Shown here: one piece after another, positions 54,319 to 64,000 of the stretch
Layout of the letters: each line of letters starts with the position of its first letter
Numbering within the stretch: the first letter of the stretch is position 1
Source: an uncultured Acidobacteriaceae bacterium
Lineage (GTDB): Bacteria > Acidobacteriota > Terriglobia > Terriglobales > Acidobacteriaceae
Assembly (NCBI GenBank): GCA_963744155.1
Contig: CAVUSP010000011.1
Location: 265,075-329,074, forward strand
Direction of reading: 5' to 3'
DNA length: 64,000 nucleotides
Position numbers and translations under genes: made by a program
The notes under the pieces: model-generated
The model's database searches: none
What the model was told of the DNA's origin: nothing
What the model saw: the letters and a program-made list of their open reading frames with translations, nothing else

Positions 54319-55458
54319 ATGGCAGTTCCAGTCTCGCAAGCCTGGACGGTTGCAACCTATGTTTTGAAGCAGAAGCTCATGGGCCGCAAGAGGTATCCGC
54401 TCGTGCTGATGCTGGAGCCGTTGTTCCGCTGCAATCTGGCATGCGCCGGATGCGGAAAGATTCAGTATCCCGCCCACATCCTGAAGGCGGAACTCTCGCC
54501 CGAGGAATGCTTTAAAGCAGTCGAAGAGTGTGGCGCCCCGATGGTCTCAATCCCCGGTGGAGAGCCGCTGCTGCACCCGAAGATGCCGGAGATCGTAGCC
54601 GGCCTCGTCGCGCGCAAGAAATACGTTTACATGTGCACCAACGCGCTTCTGCTGAAGGAGAAGCTGCACCTCTTCAAGCCGAGCAAGTATCTCTCGTTCT
54701 CCGTGCACGTCGACGGGCAGCGCGAGCATCACGACTTCTCCGTCTGCCGCGAAGGTGGCTACGATATCGCGATGGAAGGTGTTCGCGCAGCAGTGGCCGC
54801 AGGCTTCCGCGTCACGACGAACACAACCCTCTTCGACGGCGCCGACCCCAACAGCGTGCGTGCTCACTTCGATGAGATGATGGCAGCAGGCGTCGAGAGC
54901 ATGATGGTCTCGCCCGGGTACACGTACGACAAAGCTCCCGATCAGAACCACTTCCTTGGCAAGGCGAAGTCGCGCAGGATGTTCCGCGCCATTCTCTCCA
55001 ACCGCAAGAAGGAGTGGAAGTTCAACACCCATCCCCTCTTCTCCGAGTTTCTGATGGGCAAGCAGAACTTCGAATGCACTCCGTGGGGTATGCCGACCTT
55101 CTCGATCTTCGGTTGGCAGAAGCCCTGCTACCTCCTGCAGGATGGATACGCCGATACCTTCGAAGAGTTGTTGGCGACTACAGAGTGGCAGAACTACGGC
55201 GCCAAGAGCGGCAATCCGCAGTGCGCCAATTGCATGGTTCATTCCGGTCATGAGGCCAGTGCGGTCGATTACAACTTCGGCTCGCTAAAGGGCTTTCTCG
55301 TTACCGCGAAGAAATACATGTTCCCGTCGAACTACCCAGACGAGGGCGCACGGCAGTTGCTGAACGAGTGGCGGCCGGAGCACACCGGTCCGCTGGTCCA
55401 GATTCAGGCCCCTGCAAATACCGTCGGCAACGAGCTACAGTCGGTTTCGGGAGATTAG
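54319..55458 (+). CDS. hpnH: Adenosyl-hopene transferase (radical SAM)
   Basis: LMLEPLFRCNLACAGCGKI and CANCMVHSG motifs; adjacent to shc. Confidence 0.93.
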   Translation: MAVPVSQAWTVATYVLKQKLMGRKRYPLVLMLEPLFRCNLACAGCGKIQYPAHILKAELSPEECFKAVEECGAPMVSIPGGEPLLHPKMPEIVAGLVARKKYVYMCTNALLLKEKLHLFKPSKYLSFSVHVDGQREHHDFSVCREGGYDIAMEGVRAAVAAGFRVTTNTTLFDGADPNSVRAHFDEMMAAGVESMMVSPGYTYDKAPDQNHFLGKAKSRRMFRAILSNRKKEWKFNTHPLFSEFLMGKQNFECTPWGMPTFSIFGWQKPCYLLQDGYADTFEELLATTEWQNYGAKSGNPQCANCMVHSGHEASAVDYNFGSLKGFLVTAKKYMFPSNYPDEGARQLLNEWRPEHTGPLVQIQAPANTVGNELQSVSGD

Positions 55459-55459
55459 C

Positions 55460-55906
55460 ATGGCGACAGAGCAGCAGGAGCATTTGAAGATCGAACAGCT
55501 TAGGCAGCACAGCGCGGACGAGCTGGAGCACATCGAAGGCCGCGAGAAAGAAAACCTCGAGGGTTGGATCCCGCCCCTGGCCAGTGATGCCGAAATTCGT
55601 GAGGCGCTTGAAAAAGCTTTCGACTATCGCGGCGACATTACGATCACGAAAAAAGACGGAACGCAGATCGTGGGCTATCTCTTCGATCGGCGCCAGGGCT
55701 CATCTCTCGCCGACTCCTTCGTTCGCGTTATCCCGTCCAACGCACCGACGAAGGTGAACGTCGCCTACTCGGATATCGCCGCCCTTGCCTTCACGGGACG
55801 CGACACCGCAGCGGGCAAGACCTTCGAGGCCTGGGTGAAGAAGTACTGGGAAAAGAAGGCAGCGGGCGAAAGCAACATCCAGATCGAACCCGAGAAACTG
55901 GATTAA
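55460..55906 (+). CDS. Hypothetical protein in hopanoid operon
   Basis: Starts 1 nt after the hpnH stop; AFDYRGDITI..FTGRDTAAGKTFEAW. Confidence 0.8.
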   Translation: MATEQQEHLKIEQLRQHSADELEHIEGREKENLEGWIPPLASDAEIREALEKAFDYRGDITITKKDGTQIVGYLFDRRQGSSLADSFVRVIPSNAPTKVNVAYSDIAALAFTGRDTAAGKTFEAWVKKYWEKKAAGESNIQIEPEKLD

Positions 55907-55978
55907 GAATAAGAAGCTGAACTAAGCCCCGCTCCCGGCGCTGCTGAGATGGCCGGACGGGCGTGGAAAGAGCAGGAC

Positions 55979-56989
55979 GTGCGCGTATTCATTACGGGAG
56001 CGACGGGCTTCGTCGGCGGCCATGTGGCTCGGCAATATGCTGCAGAAGGCGCCTGTCTTCGTCTGTTGACGCGCCAGACAAGCCGCCTTGATGCACTGAA
56101 AGGTATCGACGCCGAGATGGTCACTGGCGATCTGCGCGAACCGGAGAAGCTCCGCTCTGCGCTCAGCGGGTGCGATGCTCTCGTTCATGTCGCGGCGGAC
56201 TATCGGCTCTGGGTGCGCGATCCCGAACAAATGCACGCGGCCAATGTCGATGGGACACGAGAACTTCTGAAGCTGGCGCGCGAGGTCGGCGTACAGCGCG
56301 CCATCTACACATCGAGCGTTGCGACGATGGGCTTCAAGGCTGACGGCACCATCGTGAACGAAGAGACTCATGTCGCGTTCACGGATATGATCGGGCACTA
56401 CAAGCGATCGAAGTTCCTTGGCGAGCAGGAAGCCATCAAAGCAGCGCGCGCCGGCCAGCACGTCATGATCCTCAACCCAACCACTCCGATCGGGCCTGGC
56501 GACTCCAAGCCCACGCCAACCGGCCGCATTATCGTCGACTTCCTCAACAAGAAGTTTCCCGCGTACGTGGACACGGGGCTGAATCTCGTCGACGTGACGG
56601 AAGTGGCTCGGATGCACGTGGTCGCGCTCGATCGAGGAACGCCGGGCGACCGCTACATTCTGGGCGGAGAAAATCTTACGCTGAAGCAAATTCTCGACCG
56701 CATGTCAGCTATCACAGGCCTGCCCTCACCGACAATGAAGGTGCCGCACGCTGTCGCGATGGCCTTCGCCTTCTTCGATGAGACTTTTACGGGGAAGCTG
56801 AGAGGCAAGGAGCCGCGCGCGACCGTTGAGGCCGTTCGCATGGGAAAGAAGATGATGTTCGCCTCTTCAGCAAAGGCCGAACGCGAGCTGGGCTTTCTGA
56901 TTTTGCCGGTGTATCCCGCGCTGCGGGCGGCGATCGACTGGTTCATCGCAAATGGCTATGCGCCAGCCTTCACCAGACAGCCTCTATGA
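55979..56989 (+). CDS. hpnA: Hopanoid-associated sugar epimerase
   Basis: TGATGFVG, AADYRLW, YKRSK and DSKPTPTGRII motifs. Confidence 0.9.
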   Translation: MRVFITGATGFVGGHVARQYAAEGACLRLLTRQTSRLDALKGIDAEMVTGDLREPEKLRSALSGCDALVHVAADYRLWVRDPEQMHAANVDGTRELLKLAREVGVQRAIYTSSVATMGFKADGTIVNEETHVAFTDMIGHYKRSKFLGEQEAIKAARAGQHVMILNPTTPIGPGDSKPTPTGRIIVDFLNKKFPAYVDTGLNLVDVTEVARMHVVALDRGTPGDRYILGGENLTLKQILDRMSAITGLPSPTMKVPHAVAMAFAFFDETFTGKLRGKEPRATVEAVRMGKKMMFASSAKAERELGFLILPVYPALRAAIDWFIANGYAPAFTRQPL

Positions 56990-57666
56990 AACAGTGCCCG
57001 GCCATCATTGCGGCTCTGCCGAGAGAGGTAAAGCATCTGGTTCGCGGTTGGCATACGCAGAAGCTGCCAAACCACACCATCGTGTACACGAACGATGTCG
57101 CAGTGGTCGCTTGTGCAGGGATGGGCCCGGCGCGCGCAACGCTTGCGGTGCAGGCGGCCTTGGCAGTGAAGCCGGTGACGGCTCTGCTCTCGGTAGGCCT
57201 CGCCGGTGCGTGCGATCCGTCACTCCACGTTGGAGACATCGTTCGCGCGGGAGTTGTCATCGATACCCAGTCCGGCGAACGTCACAGTAACACACAGTTC
57301 AGGCAGATCCTCGCCAGCACGCCAACCATCGCAAGCGTCAAAGAGAAGCAGCGACTCTTCGAATCGTATCGAGCATCTGCAGTCGACATGGAAGCCGCGA
57401 CGGTTGCGCGCATCGCGCAGGGGCACAACCTCAACTTTCAGGCGATCAAAGTCATTTCCGATGATGTGAACTTTGAGCTTGAGGAGCTTGCTCGATTTGC
57501 CACGCAGGATGGCCAGTTTCGCGAGTTTGCCTTTGCAGCATATTCTGTCATGCGTCCACGTATCTGGTCGAAATTGGTCGACCTCTCAGGAAATAGTAAG
57601 TTCGCGATTCAGGCGCTTACCACCGAACTACAGAGCCAGTTAGACTGGTACAAACAGAGGTCCTGA
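56986..57666 (+). CDS. hpnG: Hopanoid-associated nucleoside phosphorylase-like protein
   Basis: SVGLAGA, AVDMEAA and KVISD motifs; operon context. Confidence 0.75.
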   Translation: MKQCPAIIAALPREVKHLVRGWHTQKLPNHTIVYTNDVAVVACAGMGPARATLAVQAALAVKPVTALLSVGLAGACDPSLHVGDIVRAGVVIDTQSGERHSNTQFRQILASTPTIASVKEKQRLFESYRASAVDMEAATVARIAQGHNLNFQAIKVISDDVNFELEELARFATQDGQFREFAFAAYSVMRPRIWSKLVDLSGNSKFAIQALTTELQSQLDWYKQRS

Positions 57667-57707
57667 GGAGTATTGCGATAGCACAGACATTAACAATACC
57701 GGCAACG

Positions 57708-58759
57708 ATGCGTGCCGCAGTGTATCGCGGCGTGAACGACGTTCGCATCGAGACGATCCCGGTGCCGGAGATCGGCGCCGGCGAGGTGTTGGTCAAGATT
57801 CACACCTGCGGAATCTGCGGCACCGACCTCAAGAAGATTCACACCGGCTCGCACGATGCACCGCGAGTCTTCGGGCATGAGATGTCGGGCACCATCGTCC
57901 GCGCAGGCGAAGGCGTCAACGGCTTCGCCGTAGGCGACCGGGTGATGGCTTACCACCACATCCCGTGCGGCGAGTGCTTCTACTGCAGCAAGCAGACCTT
58001 CGCGCAGTGCGAAGCTTATAAAAACGTCGGGTGCACCGCCGGCTTCGCTCCGTCCGGTGGAGGCTTCGCCGAGTACATCCGAGTGATGGCACCCATCGTG
58101 CGACGTGGCGGCCTGGTGAAGATTCCCGACGAAATTCCGTTTGAACAGGCTGCCTTTCTCGAGCCGGTCAACACCTGCTACAAGGCGATCCAACGGCTCA
58201 ATCTGCAGCCTGACGAGACCGTGCTGGTGATCGGCCAGGGTCCGATCGGTGTACTACTCGCCGCTCTCGCGCGAAAGGCGGGCGCGGCGGTGCTGACCAG
58301 CGACTTGTATCCTGAGCGTCACGCGGTCGCCGCAAAGTTTGGACTCGATCATCCGCTCGACGCGCGCGCCGATGTTGCTGTTGCCGCGAAGGCCGCCACA
58401 GAAGGCCGCGGCGCTGATGTTGCTCTGCTTGCCGTTGGGGGCAATGCCCTGATCAAGACAGCGATGGACGCGATCCGGCCCGGTGGGCGTGTTGTTCTCT
58501 TCGCCCAGACACAGCGCGGAGAGGCACCGTTCGACCCCGCGTCCGTCTGCATGGACGAGAAGACGCTGATGGGCTCCTACAGTTCTTCGGTTTCGTTCAA
58601 CGAGCATGTGAACCATCTCGTCTTCGATGGATATCGCAACGGATTCGATCTGACGAATCTCATCTCGCACCGGTTCTCGCTTGAGGACGCTGTCGCGGCG
58701 ATCGAGTTGGCGTCACACCCTCAAGCCGACTCGATGAAGATCGTCATTCAGCCGGGAAG

Positions 58760-58763
<4 letters not shown>
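57708..58763 (+). CDS. Zinc-dependent alcohol/polyol dehydrogenase (MDR family)
   Basis: CGICGTD, GHE, CGECFYC..C and GQGPIG motifs. Confidence 0.9.
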
Positions 58764-60197
<1,434 letters not shown>

Positions 60198-60205
<8 letters not shown>

Positions 60206-63161
60206 GAATCGTCTTCCTCTCAACGTCCTGCGCACTGCTCTTCGGCGCTTCAGCAGTCATTGCGGGTCGGGCGCCGGACGATGGGAACTCCAGCTGGAAG
60301 GCTGTGCCCACGCCAAGCTCGCTCTCAACATGAATCTTTCCGGCATGTTCCTGCATGATTCCGTAGCTCACTGCAAGCCCAAGACCAGTGCCCTTGTGCG
60401 CCCCGTCCTGCGGCTTCGTCTTCGTTGTAAAGAACGGATCGTAGATCCGGTGTAGATGTTCCTTTTCGATGCCGCCTCCTGAGTCCTGAATCCGCACGAT
60501 CACCCGCCCCGCCCCGTTAAATGTCGCGATCTTCAGCGTCGCATTCGCCGTTCCGAACATGGCGTCCTTCGCGTTCAGCATTAGATTCAAAATCACCTGT
60601 TGCAGCTTGCCCTGATTGCCATGAATACGCGCGAGGTGCGGATCGAGGTTCGTCTCCACGCGAATCTGCGACGTCTTGAACTGATGTTCCAGCAGCGTAA
60701 CGGTATCGCTGAGGAGATCATTCAGGTTCAGACTCGTGAACTCCGTCCCGCTGGTGCGCGAGAAGTTGAGCAGGCCGTTGACGATCTCGGACGCGCGGAA
60801 GGTCTGCTGCGTAATCTTTTCCAGCACCGGCGCGAGCCGCTCATCGTCGCGCATGTGCTTGGTCAGCATCTGCGTGTAGCTGGAGATGACCGCCAGCGGC
60901 GTATTCACCTCGTGCGCGACACCTGCAGCCAGCAAGCCGATCGAAGACAGTTTTTCAGATTGCGTCAGCTGAGCCTCCAGCTGAATGCGGTCGGTGATGT
61001 CATCGACGAGAATGATCCGGCCCACGGCGACGAAGTTTCGCGTGACCAAGGGCGCGATCGCGATGTTGGCGACGCGCTCGCTTCCATTCGGCAGCACCAG
61101 CCTGAATTTGTACAGCGTGTGAGTACCATGCTCGTCGCGCACGCTGTTGAATCTCGCGACGAATTCCGGCGGAAGTACCGCAGAGATCGGCTGATGCAGT
61201 ACTTCGCCGCGTCCCCTCTCGTACATAGTCTCCATCTGCGTGTTCCAGCTCTCGATGCGATCGTCAAGATCGACAGCGAAAACACCAATGTTGATCGACT
61301 CAACGATGTTCTCGTGGAACTCCTTCAGACTCTCGAACTCGGTGATCTTCTGCTCCAGCCGCCGGTAGAGCTGCGCGTTCTGGATGGCGATGCCGATGTA
61401 GCCGGCCAGCGACTCAAGCAGTTCCATATCTTCACTGGAGAGGAAGTCGCCATCATCGGTGCGGCCCAGGCCGATCACAGCGACTGTACGCGTGCCGCCT
61501 CCGTCACGATTGGCGACACGGCAGGGAAGGTAGTAGTTCAGATCTAATCTTCCCGCACTTTGCCGCTGCGCCTCGGGAAGGCGAAGGACGTGCTGAGGAT
61601 TGTCGAGGAATATGTGGTTGTTCGCACCGATCCGGTCAAAGTCGAGGAAGCGCACGTCCAGCGTACGCAGCTCCGCGGCCTGCAGATTGGTGAGGCCATG
61701 CGAGGCAGCCAGATCGAAGTGCCGCGCACTCGATCTCCCGTCGCCCTCTGACGCCAGAAATACCGCAACGCGCGTCACCAGCAGGGTCTGGGGCAGCCGC
61801 TCCACGATCGAATCAAGCAGCGCACGCAGATCGGTCTGCGAGTTGATGCCGCGTCCAAACTCAACTAGCGTCTCGCGGTAGTCAAAACGTTTTTGATCGA
61901 AGACGCGATCGACTCGCGCCTGAATCGCCCGCTTCAGCGGCTCGAAGACGATGCCGGTCACAACAATGCCCACCATCAGGCCCCAGATCCCAAGGCTCTG
62001 AAGGCGTGTATGCACCAGTTCCGCCATCACCGCTATGATGCCGAAGTAAAGTCCAACCAGCGAAGCCGTCGCCAGCGTGTAGGTCACGCCGCGCTTGAAG
62101 ATCAGATCGACGTCCATCAGCCGGTAGCGCACGATGGCCCAGCTGAACGTGAGAGGAAGAATCACAAGCGAGAGTCCCGCGAGCTTAGTCAACGAACCGG
62201 GCATCGGCCAATCCGCAAGATAGGGAATCACATTGAGTAGCGTGAACGGAGTTACCGCAAGCAGCGTGCCGCGCGTCAACCACTTCAATTGCTGGCGCTC
62301 CAGCCCCGACTCCGCACTGCGATATCTCAGACGGAAGACAATCGCCGCAATAACGTAATACAGCGCAAGATAGCCAAGCGAGATCTGATCCAGGCGATGA
62401 AGAAGAATCTCCGTCGCAGACCAGTAGCGAATCGCCGTGTACTGCAGGCCAACCAGAAGGATTCCCGGCACATACAGCAGTGCGCAGATCAGCCGCCGTC
62501 TGAACCGGTTTTGCTGCGCCGAGGCGTAATTGTCCGAGAAGCTGACCGCAAAGTGCAGGAAGAGCGCCGGCTGCAACGCCTGCGCAACCATGTTGCCCCA
62601 ATCGAACCAGCCCAGCTCGCCGTTCGACCGGAAGCTGTAAAGCACAAACGAGGCAAGACAGAAGACGTAGAAATGGACGGATTTCGGTGCAGTCCACCGC
62701 CGAAACAGCACATAGATCCCGATACATAGGTAGACCAGCGCAATAAACCGCAGATACTGATTGAAGGACCGGTCCTTCGGCTCCAGAATCACCTGGATAT
62801 CCAACCGCGTCGCGCCGTTCAGATCGACCGATTGGGGAACAGGCCGCAAGATCGAATAGGTCGCGTGAGCCCAGATGCCGCGATGAAACATCTCGCGGCC
62901 CAGCGCAGCGACACGCGGCGTCGGCTGGTCGTTCACGCTCAGGAGAATGTCGCCGGTACGGATTCCCGCGCGATGCCCAGGCGACTCAACCGGAACCCGC
63001 TCAGCCCGAAGTCCGCCGCTGGCCTCGACCCACCAAACGCCGTCGGTCGGCACATCCATTCCGTTTTCATGCTCGAAATTCAGTGCTGCCAATACGCACG
63101 CAGCCACCGTCGCCAGCGCGAGCACGATAGCGAGGACGCGGGTTTGAGCGGCATTTTTCAT
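60198..63161 (-). CDS. Multi-TM sensor histidine kinase with PDZ, GAF and PAS domains
   Basis: ESPGHRAGIRTGDILLSVN (PDZ), TM region, GVAHEVNTPL, DPFFTTK and GTGLGL. Confidence 0.92.
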
Positions 63162-63521
63162 CGTAGTCGAAATTAGAGAGCAAGCTAGGGACCAAACCCA
63201 TAAACAGCATCAATGCAGCATTTAACGGCTCGACCGGTCCCAATCCTACAGAAAATCATAACCTATTCCACAATTCAGATTGGGGTCAGTGATATCTTAC
63301 GCGCTTGCGCCCCCACAGTGTTTCCTTGCACGACAGGTGTGAAGATCTTGCTCCAATTCAACAGATTGTTCAATTACAATCCAACGATTTACAAAACTTC
63401 GACATCGGAGAATATTAATAGTCCTGTAACATAGGACGACGACATCGAATCAATAGACGAGAATCGGCGGACAACGTTCTACAGGCCGACGATCTTCTGA
63501 CATTTAAGGGACGGCTGAGAA

Positions 63522-64000
63522 GTGACGGAGAGACCTACCCAAATTGAAGAGGCCTATGCCGTTGTCAACGGCGCAAGGGTCCACTACCAGCGCGCAGGCA
63601 CGGGGAGGCCCCTGCTTTTGCTCCACGGTCTGGTCGGATCCGCGAAGAACTGGCGGCAGAACATCAGCTTCCTTTCTCGCGATTCGAACGTGTACGCCGT
63701 CGATCTCTGCAACATGGGCAAATCGGACCGGGTGCCAGGGCTGGATGCGGGACTGGAGGCGACGGCTGATCGCCTGGCCGCCTTTATGGACGCAGTCGGC
63801 CTCGAAGAAGCCGATATCGCTGGCCACTCGCACGGCGGCGCAGTCGCAATCATGTTCTCCGCGCGTCATCCCCACCGGGTTCGCCGCCTTATCCTGTTTG
63901 CCCCGGCCAATCCGTTCTGCGATCTCGGCAACCAGCTCATCCGCTTCTACCAGTCGCCCTTCGGCAGGTGGTTTGCGCGTCAGGTGCCTTCATTGCCCAG
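63522..64000 (+). CDS. Alpha/beta hydrolase (runs off the window end)
   Basis: LLLLHGLVGS, DLCNMGKSD and GHSHGG motifs. Confidence 0.85.
   Translation, partial: MTERPTQIEEAYAVVNGARVHYQRAGTGRPLLLLHGLVGSAKNWRQNISFLSRDSNVYAVDLCNMGKSDRVPGLDAGLEATADRLAAFMDAVGLEEADIAGHSHGGAVAIMFSARHPHRVRRLILFAPANPFCDLGNQLIRFYQSPFGRWFARQVPSLP

Noticed and set aside
63421-63437. Imperfect palindrome GTCCT..AGGAC as a dif site or operator
   Set aside because: It does not match the XerC/XerD arms and occurs once; too weak to call.

Overview
A GC-rich bacterial chromosomal segment. By gene content and repeat style it is most likely Acidobacteriota (Terriglobia/Acidobacteriaceae-like); this is an inference. It is mostly core genome: degP, truA, tolC, hppA, a fused 2-oxoacid dehydrogenase E1, DUF1800/DUF1501, carA-carB split by a REP-flanked RAYT tyrosine transposase, the tolQ-tolR-tolA-tolB-pal-cpoB operon, recN, a hopanoid operon (ispH-shc-hpnH-unknown-hpnA-hpnG-Zn-ADH) and a PDZ/GAF/PAS histidine kinase with an NtrC-type regulator. 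At least seven genes carry single-base frameshifts, most simply explained as assembly indel errors. No rRNA, tRNA or CRISPR array was seen. The best leads are: (1) a structured, switch-like 5' leader RNA whose 5' end can pair with the start codon of a VOC gene bearing an extra N-terminal helical domain; (2) a 40-bp duplicated mscS 3' end bracketing a PEP-CTERM gene and creating a cupin-mscS chimeric mini-ORF; (3) two putative metal-binding micro-proteins (a secreted His-rich peptide and a metallothionein); (4) a REP-like element translated in frame inside TruA; (5) a candidate ECF-driven sRNA; (6) uncharacterised hopanoid genes; (7) an apparent GC-skew inversion near 51 kb. All calls were made by eye, with no database searches.
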